Notes: a model not told the origin generated them from the letters alone. 64,000 nucleotides of DNA from Longimicrobiales bacterium (GCA_965204735.1 OZ242008.1:2752001-2816000), one strand, 5' to 3'; counted from the first letter of the stretch, positions 56,601-59,441 are shown. Numbers and translations are program-made.

Positions 56601-59441
56601 GGCGACCGACGGCGCCGTCACTTGGCTCCCGTCCACCTGGTGGCGGCCATCGTTCGTGATCTGGGACCCGAGCCCAAGGTTCGCGGCCGTCGTGTCCGTC
56701 CGGGCCGTGATCGTCCCTCCGTTCAGCCTCAGCGCGGTCACCCCAATGCTGACGCCGTCGGGGTCGGAGTCGGACGCCTGCACGTCGTAAGTGAACACCA
56801 GCGATCCGCGCAGGGACGCGCTGCTGAGCGCGGCGTATCGCGTGGCCGCTCCGACCCACAGCGCCAGCTGCGGAGTGCCGGTGTAGCTGATGGACCTGTC
56901 GAACAGCACCTCGACATGGATCCGCTCGCCCAGGTGATACGTCGAGTCGCTGCTCGCCGGCGTGCTCGTGAACCGGACGTTGCTCACCACCGGCGCGCCC
57001 ACCCTGCGGCCGTCCACTTTGTGCGCCGCGCTGTTGGAGATCGCGTGGGCGCCCAGACCCAGCCCCGCCTGCGTCCTCGTCCCCGCTGCGAAGATCCGGC
57101 CGCGCCCCCAGTTGGTCAGCGCGCCCGCCGCGATGCTGATCCCGTCCAAGTCCAAGTCCGACCGCTGCACCGGGTGCCGGAACACCAGCGACGACGTGCC
57201 GTGCCCCCGCGCGTACCTTGCCGCGCGGTCCAACAACCCGATCCCCAGAACCATGCGGGGCGGCGAGCTCAAATTCACGTCGACCGCACGGTTCCACGTC
57301 ACCGTCACCTCGATCCAGTCGCCTGCCTTGAACGTCGAGTCGCTCGACGACGGCGACGAGATCGACACCCCCGTCACCCCCGTCCCCATGCTGCCGTCCA
57401 CCTTGTGCGCCGCGGCGTTCGCGATCGCGTGGGCGCCGAGCGCCAGATTCGCGTTCACCGTGTCGCCCGCCACCTTGATCGTCCCCCCGTTCAGCACCAG
57501 CGCCGGCCCTACGCTCAACCCGTCGGCGTCCCTGTCCGACGCCTGCACGAAGTACCGGAAGTAGAAGTCGCGCCTTGCCGCCGTGGGCGTGGGCCCGGAG
57601 TAGCTCGCGTAGCGCGTCTGCGACCCGATAGTCAACGCCAGCTGGGGCTCTCCCGTCATCACGACGCCGCGGTCGAATACGACCCACATCGTGATCTCCT
57701 CGGACACCGCATACGTCGAGTCGCTGCCGGCAGAAGTCTGGATGTAGGCGTCCGTAATGGTCGGCGCCGTCGCCCGACGTCCATCCGCCTTTTGCGCCGG
57801 ATCGTTGGTGATCGCGTGCGTTCCCAGCCCCAGCTCCGCGTTCGTCGTCCCGTCGATCGACGTGATCGTCCCCCCGTTCAACGTCAGCGCGTTCGCCCCG
57901 ATGCTGATCCCGACCGTGTCCACGTCGGTCGCCCGCAGGTAGTAGTCGAACGAGATGGCGTTGCTGCCGCCCCATCCCACGGGCGACATCTGCCCGGTCC
58001 CGGACCCGAAGGTCAACGCCAACTGCGGCCGGCCCGTCAGCGCGAAGGGCCGGTCGAAGAAGAGCCGAACCCCGATCAGCTCGCCCACCTCGTACGTGGA
58101 ATCGCTCGCCGGCGTCGTTGTGAACTGCACGTCGGTCACCACCGGCGCGCCCGCCACGCTGCCGTCCACCTTGTGCGCCGCGCTGTTCGAGATCGCATGG
58201 CTGCCCAGGCCCAGCGCCGCTCTGGTCGTGCCCTGCCCCACCACGAGAACCCGGCCGTCGCAGCAGAGCGCGTCCGCCGCGATGCTGATCCCGTTCGCGT
58301 CCGAGTCCGAAGACGACACCGTGTACTCGAACTCCAGCGACGACGTGCCCCCGCCCCGCGCGTAGCTCGCCTGTCGCGTCGCCGATCCGATCCCCAGGTT
58401 CAGGACGGGCCGTGTGCTCGCCACGTCGACCGCCGCGCTGAACGTCACCGTCGCCTTGATCCGGTCGCCCCCCTTGAACGTCGAATCGCTCGACGCCGGC
58501 GACGCGATCGACACGCCCGTCACCTTCGTCCCCCGGCTGCCGTCCACCTTGTGCGCTGCGGCGTTGGCGACGGCGTGCGTGCCCAGCCCCAGGATCGCGC
58601 TCACCGGAGAATAGCCCAGCAGCGTCAGCGTCCCCCCGTTCAGCGTCAGTGCGTTCGCCCCGATGCTGATCCCGTTCGCGTCGCTGTCCGACGCCTGCAC
58701 GAAGTAGCTGAACCAGAGGATGTTCGACGTCGGTCCTGGTTGGGCTTCATAGCGCGCCTGCCGGGTCTGCGACCCAACCGTCAACGCCAACTGCGGCCTC
58801 CCGCTCACCGTGACGTGCCGGTTCACCACGACTGCGCGGTCGAACCGAACCACGACCTCGATCTCGTCGCCGAACGTGTACGTCGAGTCGCTGCCCGCAT
58901 CGGTAATGAACGTTACGCTTGCCACGCGCGGCGCCGACCGCCGACCTCCTTGCACCTTGCGCGCCGGATCGTTGGTGATAGCGTGCGTTCCCAGCCCCAG
59001 CGCCGCATTCGTCCCGTCGCTCGACGTGATCGTCCCCCCGTTGAGCGTCAGCGCGCTCGCCCCGATGCTGATCCCGTCCAAGTCGTGGTCGGTCGACTCG
59101 GTATAGTCGTTGAAGTCGATGTAGTTGCTTCCCACCGCCAAGTGGTAGAACGGTCGCGTCGTGGATCCCATCGTCATCGCCAGCTGCGGGCTGCCCGTTA
59201 CCACGATCGCCCTGTCGAACACGACCCGAACGGTGATCGGCTCGCCCCGCTCGTACGTCGAGTCGCGCGTCGGGGTCGTCGTGAAGTACACGTCGCTGAC
59301 TACCGGCGCGTTCCCCTGCTGGGCCCCACCCGCCTCCTCTGCGGGGCCGCCCCGGTCTTCCCCCGACGCCCCGCGCGCTTCCAAGCCCCACGGCGACGCA
59401 AGCAGCCACAAGAGACCAACGGCGGCGGAGACGGACGGCAC
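20607..59441 (-). CDS. Giant repetitive surface protein/adhesin (~12,900 aa as read; ~13,300 aa with the barrel restored)
   Basis: Uninterrupted ~39-kb ORF. Signal-peptide-like MPSVSAAVGLLWLLASPWGLEA from the GTG at 59441 (the alternative ATG at 59504 overlaps the upstream gene). About 90-95 repeats of ~125 aa (estimated from length), then FN3, cadherin, Ig-like domains and the barrel start. Confidence 0.92.
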   Translation of the reverse strand: MPSVSAAVGLLWLLASPWGLEARGASGEDRGGPAEEAGGAQQGNAPVVSDVYFTTTPTRDSTYERGEPITVRVVFDRAIVVTGSPQLAMTMGSTTRPFYHLAVGSNYIDFNDYTESTDHDLDGISIGASALTLNGGTITSSDGTNAALGLGTHAITNDPARKVQGGRRSAPRVASVTFITDAGSDSTYTFGDEIEVVVRFDRAVVVNRHVTVSGRPQLALTVGSQTRQARYEAQPGPTSNILWFSYFVQASDSDANGISIGANALTLNGGTLTLLGYSPVSAILGLGTHAVANAAAHKVDGSRGTKVTGVSIASPASSDSTFKGGDRIKATVTFSAAVDVASTRPVLNLGIGSATRQASYARGGGTSSLEFEYTVSSSDSDANGISIAADALCCDGRVLVVGQGTTRAALGLGSHAISNSAAHKVDGSVAGAPVVTDVQFTTTPASDSTYEVGELIGVRLFFDRPFALTGRPQLALTFGSGTGQMSPVGWGGSNAISFDYYLRATDVDTVGISIGANALTLNGGTITSIDGTTNAELGLGTHAITNDPAQKADGRRATAPTITDAYIQTSAGSDSTYAVSEEITMWVVFDRGVVMTGEPQLALTIGSQTRYASYSGPTPTAARRDFYFRYFVQASDRDADGLSVGPALVLNGGTIKVAGDTVNANLALGAHAIANAAAHKVDGSMGTGVTGVSISSPSSSDSTFKAGDWIEVTVTWNRAVDVNLSSPPRMVLGIGLLDRAARYARGHGTSSLVFRHPVQRSDLDLDGISIAAGALTNWGRGRIFAAGTRTQAGLGLGAHAISNSAAHKVDGRRVGAPVVSNVRFTSTPASSDSTYHLGERIHVEVLFDRSISYTGTPQLALWVGAATRYAALSSASLRGSLVFTYDVQASDSDPDGVSIGVTALRLNGGTITARTDTTAANLGLGSQITNDGRHQVDGSQVTAPSVADVRITSRPASGSTYGLGEQIEVAVDFDRPVVVTGEPIVTLLIGTEFPAARYHCPGCTGGATTLNFRYTVRAVDRDSDGLSLHINSLARTIGTINLAANGTTQANRGFGAHAVSNVAAHKVDGSRAPVPAATAVQILSSPPADQTYELGEEIAFRVSWNRAVAVTGTPQLAVTIGSRTRQADYYESASGTRTHFRYKVQASDVDADGISVATNALTLNGGTINDAVNDSAAALTLPRAIPNTLSHKVNGGRTTRPSVSALSLNSTPDFTFTLGDRIVVTVRWDRTVAVTGTPRLALTIGTQTRQAEYASGTGTNALAFHYSVAATDVDTTGISIGASALTLNGGTIKHVGSNAVDANLGLGRHAIANSARHKVDGSQVSIIMRGVGVSGLSCPETGDTCELGDRILVFGLWTDSNRRRIVGIDVTGTPQIAIAVGAQTRYANYDAVKTVELGTSGPGVVYFSYFVQPADRDTDGIHIPPNGLRLNGGTIKVAGSQRDAPLKHAGSPVATDTKVNGGSSTAPSARSLRIVSSPASGDTYGFFENIRVRVEFSRAVAVTGTPRLALAIGSQTRQASYASGTGTEFLEFGYRVQVSDADADGIGVGANALTLNGGKIALQGDTATNASLALGHHAIANAAAHKVDASQGAPGVGGLVLGSPPVGDTFERGDTIAATLTFNRAVDVTGTPQLALTIGATTRQAAYVSGTGTASLVFRYVVVQADADADGLSVGASALALNGGTIDAAGGTTDARLGLGSHAVANSSGHKVAGGTFTAAAVSGVSITSSPASDSTYGFDEVIEVQATFNRRVTVTGTPQLALTIGTQTRQANYTSGTGTASLTFRYTVMAADADSTGVGIGASALALNGGGIADARDGSTAASLGLGANAVAAAAAHKVDGARGPPRVAGVAVGSPAVGDTFERGERIEVTVTFTKAVDVTGTPQLALTIGAATKQAAYASGTGTASLVFRYVVVQADADADGLSIGASALALNGGTIDEAGGTTDALLGLGSRAVANSSGHKVAGGTFTTPAVSGVTISSSPGVGDTYALAERIEVEVAFSRPVSVSGAPQLALTIGTQTRQAAYASGTGTTTLTFGYAVVAADADSTGISIGASALTLNGGTINDVRSSATAASLGLGANAIANASGHKVIGTPAVPTVTGVSVASSPASGDAYGAGETITVHIVFQVPVVVTGAPQLALTVGPETRQAALAGGSGTDTLAFSYTTVATDTDTDGIGVAASALALNGGTIRSGRGTDALLGLGAHAIANAAGHKVDGRATAPTVTAVRVASTPLFQVWNVGLYGRGETIEVQVGFSLPVRVTGAPRLALTIGAATRQAAYAGGSGTATLAFRYTVGQSDLDGDGIGVGASALTLNGGAIRSRAGASAALGLGSHAITAASGHTVDGRQGGGAPEVTGGSIVSRPGVGDTYGIGETIRLRVVFNERVAVTGTPQLGLEIGTPTRQASYASGTGTTELEFRYTVQAGDKDDNGVAVPGTFTDLAGSISSVASGNSLDTSKEYERVKTADLVDHKVDAASDNRASIPMPNAVTISSSAGNDSTYAAGDTISVQVGFTVAATVTGTPQLALSIGSATRQAAYASGSGTATLTFRYAVTDADADADGISIGDLALALNGGTIRSGSGAYATLTLGTHAISNAAAHKVAGTTTAPTVNAASVTSTPATGDTYGAAEKIAVQIGFRIPVVVTGAPQLALTIGTQTRQAGYAGGSGTRVLTFDYVTVATDADANGIGVAAAALTLNGGTVRNWAGTNAVLGLGAHAIANASGHKVNGAATVPAVNTLTIASTPASGDTYGAGETITVEVGFQIPATVTGAPQLALTVGAQTRQAGYASGSGTKTLTFSYEVAATDADSDGIGVGASALALNGGTIQSGAGTNAALGLGTNAIANAGGHKVNGVATVPTVNALTIASTPASGDTYGAGETITVEVGFRIPATVTGTPRLALTVGAQTRQAEYASGSGTKTLTFSYEVVATDADSDGIGVGASALALNGGTIQSGAGTNAALGLGANAIANAGSHKVDGAATAPTVNAVTIASTPASGDTYGAGETITVEVGFRIPATVTGTPQLALTVGSQTRQAGYASGSGTKTLTFSYTVLATDADSDGIGVGASALALNGGTIQSGAGTNAALGLGTHAIANASSHKVDGAATVPAVNAVTIASTPASGDTYGAGETITVEVGFQIPATVTGTPLLALTVGASTVQAQYVRGSGSGTLVFEHVVQTTNVDADGISVGASALTLNVGTIRSGAGTNAALGLGTHAIANASGHKVNGATATPPSVNAVAVASSPASGDTYGAGERIDVTVGFDIAVDVTGAPQLALTIGAQTRQAAYRSGGGTRTLAFEYVVQSADADNDGIGIGASALALNGGTIGSSFGASAALGLGTHAIANASGHKVNGATATVPAVSRATIASAPATGDTYGAAEAITVEIAFTTPVAVTGQPQLALTIGAQTRQASYAGGSGSKTLSFAYTTTVADADSDGIGVGASALALNGGTIRSQTGTNAALGLGAHAIADASGHKVDGTTTVPVVNAVAIASSPASGDTYEIGETITVQVGFQIAVTVTGTPQLALTIGTRTRQASYAAGSGADSLTFSYTVEAGDSDSDGIGVGASALSLNGGTIRSGTSTNAALGLGAHAIANAAAHKVDASQGPPGVAGLVLGSPPVGDTFERGDTIVATVTFNKAVDVTGAPQLALTIGAAARQAAYAGGTGTASLVFRYVVATGDADTDGISVGASALGLNGGTIRLAGGTPNALLGLGSRAVTNSAGHKVAGGALRAPAVTGVVLVSSPDSASTYGLGEEITVQVTFGRPVNVRRTPRLVLTIGAQSRQANFVLGSGTATLTFRYVVAASDADSDGLSIGASALTLNGGTIVDLRDGATAAALGLGAHAIADAAGHKVDGSMEKAPAVVGVQIGSTPADGTTYKRSEKIRVEVAFDRVVAVTNSHRLGLALTLGTQTRQASFLRGTRTKTLTFEYTVQPSDADSDGLSIGASALTLNGGRANSGAIRIAGGTANALLGLGTHAISNSASHKVDGSRIVSPSVDEVAIGGRRVGDTYELGQFIIIFLLFDREVVVTGAPQVALRVGTQTRQAQYFTGSADQLTFTYVVQASDVDADGVSMDANALTLNGGTIASAVDSTTAANLTTQAFAPGANFKVNGAQTTQPSVTTVAFGDLPTAQTYELGDEVVVSVGFDRVIEVTGTPQLALTIGAETRQASFDELARLGDILRFSYVVRPPDADSNGISIGANALTLNGGTIRLGGSATVNANLGLGAHAIVDDPNRKVDSNRGPPGVSGLALNSPVADDTYGLGDVIEATVTFNKAVDVTGTPQLALTIGAATRQASYASGTGTASLVFRYTVVAADADSVGLSIGASALALNGGTIDVAGGTTDAFLDLGGHAVSNSASHKVDGTLDRPTVADLVVGSPPTGDTFERNDSIAVTVTFNRAVDVTGTPQLALGIGTQTRQAAYASGTGTASLVFRYLVVPGDVDADGLSIGASALSLNGGTIDIAGGTTDALLGLGSHAVSNSTGHKVAGNRFTPSSASGVTVASSPASGDTYGLGEQIEVEVSFVRPVVVTGTPQLALGIGTDTVQADYASGTGTTTLTFRHAVAVGDADSDGISVDASALTLNGGTINDVRGGTSIAAGLGLGAHAIANAAAHKVDASQGPAGVTGVAIGDPVVGDTFERDDTIAATVTFNKAVDVTGAPQLALTIGAVMRQASYASGTGTASLVFRYVVVQADADADGLSIGASALSLNGGTIDVAGETTDALLGLGSHAVSNSTGHKVAGGTLTGPAPSGVTIASTPSSDSTYGRTERIEVEVTFARPVVVTGTPQLALTIGTQTRQASYASGTGTATLAFRYTVQGTDRDSTGLSVGASALALNGGTIADARDGTTAATLGLGAHAVSDAAAHKVDGSLGTPGVIGVSFADDPYNAEYERGDAIDVRVSFSRTVDVTGAPQLALGIGTQTRQAAYASGTGTNTLVFRYVVVQSDRDIDGISIGASALTLNGGTIQAAGTTMDAVLGLGSHAITNSSSHQVNGSLFTGLAVEDVYVRSAPASDSTYKLGERIELDVLFQRAVVVTGTPQLALGIGSATRQASYASGSGTKQLRFRYAVAAADVDADGISLSGSALTLNGGAINDARAGGSAAGLGTSASVFSNDAAHKVNGGLGAPSVSALTIGAPVVGDVFERGDTIVATVEFNAAVAVTGTPQLALGIGSATRQAGYASGTGTASLVFRYVVASGDADADGLSIGASALALNGGTIRRTGTTTDALLDLGAHAVTNSAGHKVAGGTFTASAVSGVAIASVPGSDSTYVRTERIEVEVSFARPVTVTGTPQLALGIGSQTRQASYASGSGTKTLTFRYAVQAADSDSDGISIGPSALGLNGGTIADARDGATAAGLGLGSHAIANAAAHKVNGARGPPGVSGLSIASPVVGDTFERGDTIAVTVTFTDSVDVTGTPRLALGIGTQTRQAEYASGTGTASLVFRYVVASGDTDADGLSIGASALALNGGTIDVAGGTTDALLGLGSHAVSNSTGHKVAGGTFTAASVSAVTIASTPASDSTYAETEEIAVEVTFNRRVTVTGTPQLALAIDTLTRQAEYVDGTGTATLTFAYQVVAADADSTGLSIGASALGLNGGTIADARDGTTAASLGLGSNAVSDAAAHKVDGSLPPPPTPTTGVPEARGLAIGAPAVGDTFERGETIEVELVFHRTVDVTGTPQLALTIGAATRQASYASGTGTDTLVFRYVVASGDADADGLSIGASALALNGGTIRASGEALDALLDLTAYAIANSSGHKVAGGTFTTPAVSAVTISSAPAADSTYHLGEQIEVKVAFGRPVAVTGAPQLALTIGAQTRQASWESATSKADTLVFAYAVRPADADTTGISIGSSALALNGGTIVDVRAGATAASLGLGSNAITDAAAHKVDGSLGPPGVTGVAVGSPVVGDTFERGDTVAVTVTFNKAVDVTGTPQLALAIGAATRQAGYASGTGTASLVFRYVVASGDADADGLSIDAGALALNGGTIDVAGGTTDAFLGLGAHAVSNSAGHKVAGGTFTAAAVSGVAIASSPASDSTYGLNERIEVKLVFSRRVSVTGTPQLALTIGAATRQADYGSGTGTDTLSFAYTVGVADADSDGLGIGASALGLNGGAIADARDGTTAASLGLGTNAIAAAAAHKVDGTRGPPTVTGVAVGSPVVGDTFERGDTIAVTVTFHKAVDVTGTPQLALTIGAATRQAGYASGTGTASLVFRYVVASGDADADGLSIGAGALALNGGTIDEAGETTDAALGLGSHAVSNSSGHKVAGGTFTAAAVTGVSITSRPASDSTYGAGDRIEVEVTFARSVAVTGTPQLALTIGAATRQADYAAGTGTSTLAFRYAVAATDSDSDGISIGAGALTLNGGGIADARDGATAAGLGLGANAVSNSAAHKVNGSLATLAAPSGLTATPTASGAVQLRWTDPSDTTITKYQVRHRNESSSGSFTAWTDVPSSGASTTSHTVSSLTDQVDYRFELRAVAGSRAGRASFALARPSDIWVTGVQITSSPTADDTYGPGQTIEVTVSFSAFRPRVTGSPVLKIGVGTATRDAAYSGTGLTSARFQYTVTAADADSDGISIGPNALDFTAGWVNTRFSIASPTIGRYAIENSAGHKVDGLLGTPAAPTGFSASPGNAQVTLSWTDPSDTTLTGYQFRQAIATEPFSRWTDISGSDASTTSHVVPSLSNGTEYKFQVRAQNSVGSGHASEEARATPTSAPVVTAVRFVGTPVSGDTYGAGEVVRVDVEFSAVLTVTGSPRLALTIGAAARQAAMERVRERTVRFAYTVRSGDVDADGIGVAAAALTLGGGTISGPGGASAQLSLGARAFTANAAHKVNGATATAPFVDFVQITSSPSSGDTYGGGERIDVHVRFGAAVPITVVGSPRLALTVGAQTRQATLSRASGQSLHFGYVVQAADADADGVSIGASALTLNGATIRSGAGAAAGLGLGAHAVADASGHKVSGSTATAPAVSAVSITSAPASGDTYGAGEKITARVSFQLPIVVAGAPRLALAVGSQTRQAEFARLSGQSMYFDYTVLSSDADADGISIAANALSLNGGTILSTIGTAAALGLGAHAVANASGHKVSGSTATTPEATSVSVTSAPVSGDTYGAGERIEVKVGFNLEVRTTGSPQLALGVGAATRQAALLGGDGAGLTFGYVVQSADVDADGISVGASALGLNGGTIASTAGATAALGLGGHAIANASAHKVNGASATTPAVVSAAVTSAPASGDTYYAGEAIAVAVGFDVPVAVTGAPQLALTIGAQTRQAAYVSGTNTKTLTFRYTVVLADSDSTGIAVGASALGLNGGTIRSGVGTNAGLGLGAHAIADAAGHKVDGTSTAPTVNAASIASTPASGDSYGAGETIAVEIGFDFPVTVTGTPRAALTIGAATRHADYASGSGNTSLRFEYVVDATDADADGISLAAGALELNGGTVRSSVGTDAALGLGSYAIADASAHKVNGAATVPAVTGATIVSDAGSDSTYAAGDAVSVEVAFQIPVTVTGTPQLALTIGTGAGQAAYAGGTGTKTLTFSYTVRATDVDGNGIAVAANALTLNGGALQSGAGTNAALSLGTFAIADAAAHKVDGTSTVPVVTSAAVASSPAGSDTYGAGETISVRVGFSIPVTVTGAPQLAVAVGSATRQVAYASGSGTTALVFDYVTLATDRDDDGISVGAGALTLNGGTIRSGSGTNATLALGGHAIANAGGHKVNGAATAPLVSSMSVSSAPASGDTYGGGEKITVSVVFQIPVTVTGTPQLALTVGNATRQADYASGSGTAALAFDYVVQTADSDSNGISVGPTALALNGGTIRSAAGTNANLSLFVNAFSNSPDHKVDGSSATTPTVRAATIGSDAGADSTYFAHDAIVVEIGFNVPVTVTGAPQLALAIGAQTRQASYASGSGTTALTFRYVVTAADSDSDGIAVGASALALNGGTIRSSVGADATLGLGSNAIAAAAAHKVDGSQGPPGVTGVAVGSPVVGDVFERHDTIAVTVTFDQAVDVTGTPQLALTIGTATKQASYAGGTGTTALVFRYVVASGDVDADGLSIGAGALALNGGTIDVAGGTTDAVLGLGAHAVSNSSGHKVAGNTFTAASVSGVTISSTPASASTYQLGESIEVKVAFGRPVAVTGTPRLALTIGTQTRQASYVAASSTADTLVFGYAVRPADADTDGVSIGASALTLNGGTIADVRPGAAAAGLGLGANAVTNDASHKVNGSLGPPGVAGLSVAAPLVGATFERGDTVAATVTFNKAVDVTGTPQLALGIGSQTRQAGYASGTGTTALVFRYVVVQADADADGLSIGASALALNGGTIDVAGGTTDALLSLAHHAISNDGARRVAGGTFTAASASGVTISSSPASDSTYGRTERIEVEVTFDRRVAVTGTPQLALTIGSQTRQASYASGTGTTTLTFGYTVATADADANGISIGASALALNGGTIADARDATMAAGLGLGSYAIANAAAHKVDGNQGPPGVIGLVVASPPTGDTFERGDVIAATLTFNRAVAVTGTPQLALGIGTQTRQASYASGSGTTALVFRYTVVTADVDADGLSIGTSALALNSGTIRLSGGTLDATLGLGTHAISNSTGHKVAGGTFTASSVSGVTISSAPSSGDTYGLGEEIEVEASFVRAVSVTGTPQLALGVGTDTVQADYGSGTGTKTLAFSYTVAASDADSDGLSIGASALTLNGGTIVDARDGSTAASLGLGTNAIANAASHKVDGAQGPPGVTALSIASPVVGDTFERGDTVAATVTFNKAVDVTGTPQLALTIGSATRQASYASGTGTASLVFRYVVASGDADADGLSIGASALALNGGTIDVAGGTTDALLGLGASAVSNSTGHKVAGGTFTAASVSGVAITSAPASDSTYGRTERIEVEVTFNRRVTVTGPPQLALTIGAQTRQASYASGTGTATLAFRYTVAAADSDSTGIGIGASALALNGGTIADARDGTTAAALGLGTNAIANAAAHKVDGSRGPPGVTALSISAPTVGDTFERGETIEVSLVFNRSVDVTGTPRLALGIGSATRQASYASGTGTDTLVFRYVVASGDADADGLSIGASALSLNGGTIRVAGGTLDATLGLGSSAVVNSTGHKVAGGTFTTPAVSAVTLSSTPASASTYQLGESIEVKVAFGRPVAVTGTPRLALTIGTQTRQASYVAASSTTDTLVFGYAVRPADADTDGLSIGASALTLNGGAINDVRPGAAAAALGLGANAVTNDASHKVNGSLGPPGVAGLSVAAPLVGATFERGDTVAATVTFNKAVDVTGTPQLALGIGSQTRQAGYASGTGTTALVFRYVVVQADADADGLSIGASALALNGGTIDVAGGTTDALLSLAHHAISNDGARRVAGGTFTAASASGVTISSSPASDSTYGRTERIEVEVTFDRRVAVTGTPQVALTIGSQTRQASYASGTGTTTLTFGYAVAAADADANGISIGASALALNGGTISDARDATMAAGLGLGSNAIANAAAHKVDGNQGPPGVIGLVVGSPPTGDTFERGDVIAATVTFNRAVAVTGTPQLALGIGTQTRQASYASGSGTTSLVFQYTVVTADVDADGLSIGTSALALNSGTIRLSGGTLDATLGLGTHAVTNSTGHKVAGGTFTASSVSGVTISSAPSSGDTYGLGEEIEVEVTFVRPVNVTGTPQLALGVGTDTVQADYGSGTGTKTLTFSYTVAASDADSDGLSIGASALALNGGTIVDARDGSTAASLGLGSSAIANAASHKVDGAQGPPGVTALSIASPVVGDTFERGDTVAATVTFNKAVDVTGTPQLALTIGTQTRQASYASGTGTASLVFRYVVASGDTDADGLSIGASALALNGGTIDVAGGTTDALLGLGASAVSNSAGHKVAGGTFTAASVSGVAITSAPASDSTYGRTERIEVEVTFNRRVTVTGPPQLALTIGAQTRQAAYASGTGTATLAFRYTVAAADADSTGIGIGASALTLNGGTIADARDGTTAASLGLGINAIANAAAHKVDGSRGPPGVTGLSISAPTVGDTFERGETIEVSLVFNRSVDVTGTPRLALGIGSATRQASYASGTGTDTLVFRYVVTSGDADADGLSIGASALALNGGTIRVAGGTLDATLGLGGSAVVNSTGHKVAGGTFTTPAVSAVTVSSTPASASTYQLGESIEVKVAFGRPVAVTGVPRLALTIGTQTRQASYVAASSTADTLVFGYAVRPADADTDGISIGASALTLNGGAINDVRPGAAAAALGLGANAVSNAASHRVNGNLGPPGVVGLSVAAPLVGATFERGDTVAATVTFNKAVDVTGTPRLALGIGSQTRQASYASGTGTTALVFRYVVVTADTDADGLSIGASALALNGGTIDVAGGTTDALLSLAHHAISNDGARRVAGGTFTAASASGVTISSAPASDSTYGRTERIEVEVTFDRRVAVTGTPQLALTIGSQTRQASYASGTGTTTLTFGYTVAAADADANGISIGASALALNGGTISDARDATMAAGLGLGSYAIANAAAHKVDGNQGPPGVIGLVVGSPPTGDTFERGDAIAATVTFNRAVAVTGTPQLALGIGTQTRQASYASGSGTTSLVFQYTVVTADVDANGLSIGTSALALNSGTIRLSGGTLDATLGLGTHAISNSTGHKVAGGTFTASSVSGVTISSAPSSGDTYGLGEEIEVEVSFVRPVNVTGLPQVALTVGAATRQADYASGTGTKTLTFSYEVVAGDADSDGVSVGASALALNSGTINDARDGSTAASLGLGSSAIANAASHKVDGAQGPPGVTGLSIGSPHVGDTFERGETIEVKVAFNKAVAVTGTPQLQLRFSSGSKQADYASGTGTDTLVFRYVVVAADADADGLGIGASDLRLNGGTIRRSGTATDAVLGLGSHAVIRSTGHKVAGGTFTAAAVSGVTITSEPSSDSIYGRTERIEVEVGFTRPVTVTGPPQLALGIGTQTRQASYASGSGTTTLAFGYTVQAADADSDGLSIAASALALNGGTIADARDGTTAASLGLGSNAIANAAAHKVDGSRGPPGVTGLSISAPTVGDTFERGETIEVSLVFNRSVDVTGAPRLALGIGSAPRQASYASGTGTDTLVFRYVVASGDADADGLSIGASALALNGGTIKVAGGTLDATLGLGGSAVANSTGHKVAGGTFTTPAVSAVTVSSTPASASTYQLGESIEVKVAFGRPVAVTGAPRLALTIGTVTRQADYASATSKADTLVFGYAVRPADADTDGISIGTSALTLNGGAINDVRPGATAAALGLGANAVSNAASHKVNGSLGPPGVVGLSVASPPVGATFERGDTVVATVTFNKAVDVTGTPQLALSIGSQTRQAGYASGTGTTALVFRYVVVQADADTDGLSIGASALALNGGTIDVAGGTTDALLSLAHHAISNDGARRVAGGTFTAASVSEVSIQSSPAGGSTYGLSEQIEVEVTFNRNVTVTGAPQLALTIGSRTRQAAYVSVAAGKQLTFRYEVVAGDADANGLSVGASALGLNGGTIADARDGTTAASLGLGSHAISNDAAHRVDGNQGPPGVSGVTIASPPVGDTFERGDTVVATVTFNKAVDVTGTPQLALTIGTVTKQASYASGTGTASLVFRYVVVTADTDADGLSIGASALALDGGTIDVAGGTVDAVLGLGAHALTNSSGHKVAGGTFTAASVSGVSLTSSPAVATTYGRDEQIEVQVTFNRRVTVTGTPQVALTVGAQTRQADYASGTATHTLTFRYTVVQADADTDGISIGASALALNSGTIADARNGTTAAALGLGSHALSAAAGHKVAGTLAGASVTGVAVSSAPESGDTYGLGERIEVQVTFDRAVTVTGTPQLALTVGAATRQANYAAGSGTATLSFAYRVQGAGSGGSGAGGVDADADGVGVAAAALTLNGGTIVNTADGVRPAALALGSHAITAAANDKVDGTVEVAPVVVGLAVTSTPSASGLYGPRSVIRVAVTFSRPVEVAGAPQQAGMSAATAPVRLAIEIGAAVRHASYVSGSGTPVLVFEYVVQPADRDEDGISIAADALTAAGGTLRIAGGTTAAVLDLGSYAVENLEEHQVNGAGGTDPVFDRAEYEFELTEDEAGPVVVGTVSATDPFGGEVTYSLAAGDEGLFEVDARTGEVRYVGSGEDAEARSEFVMIVRATADDGERTGDATVTVRLVNLNDAPVFTAERYAFDMAENVAGPLALGVAEAVDLDDGDTLTYRLAAGDADRFEVDGATGAVRYVGTGEDYEGAGPKSWELEVTATDLAGASAKAVVAVALTNVNEGPAFADSAYAFDLAENVRGPLLLGAVRATDPDGGDWLSYALTAGDAERFKVNATSGAVQYVGAGEDAETGPGSWELEVTATDRGGLTARTRVVVTLEDRNEGPVFVDSSYEWELAEHVAGPVELGTVEATDVDAGDTLRYSLSGAGAALFDVGESSGVVRYVGAGEDAETGPEGWEFEVVATDRAGLAAVAKVRVVLLDVNEAPAFADSAYAFELAENVRGPRELGRVEATDPDRGDALTYSLAQGDAGRFEVDGASGQVRYVGAGEDYEDGPQEFALVVRVTDAGGLTAEAAVVVTLLDVNEGPEAVGSLSPPVLEVGGAPWEVGLGEYFRDPDGDALIYVVVSSSPDVAAASVSGVGRLSVAPREIGAAVVTVTATDAGGLTATQEASVTVAASRSDRARALKLTLAAFGRSLGTETVDAIGGRLGLESSGSLGRSHMQLGGRSLSCLAFGGGRGSGGMSSGTASSRAFEDGGAAAGQGGADQGHGESAHAGPDEGGPGLGGGVSGGRCGLESLVRDATGLLGLQITHPGAAGSGLGGIPGGTLDLAAILFGDGAAGMGGAPHGSFGMGGSYQGQREEDALPAERERGGVAFSPLTGRDLRSRSSFQLSFGGGSPDGQGAAVAEGDGADAGVPGASPAQTASQAGWTLWGQANVSEFEGRPEDDFAMDGRTRSATWAWTTASARAS
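21490..23280 (-). other. Five cadherin-like domains plus one Ig-like domain in the giant protein
   Basis: Five units of P-x-F..Y-x-F/W-x-L/M-x-E..ATD-x-D-like..L-x-D/N-x-N-E/D, then YFRDPDGDAL-x-Y..VTVTATDAGGL. Confidence 0.85.
25250..35130 (-). repeat. Higher-order 3039-bp (1013-aa, 8-unit) super-repeat, three full copies plus a partial fourth
   Basis: Matching landmarks recur at exactly 3039-bp spacing: 28552/31591/34630, 28105/31144, 29314/32353, 29626/32665, 30073/33112, 25534/28573. Confidence 0.9.
39270..40210 (-). other. Two fibronectin type III domains flanking one divergent repeat unit
   Basis: APSGLTATP..VQLRWTDP..ITKYQVR..YRFELRAV and APTGFSASPGNAQVTLSWTDP..LTGYQFR..LSNGTEYKFQVRAQN. 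Confidence 0.9.
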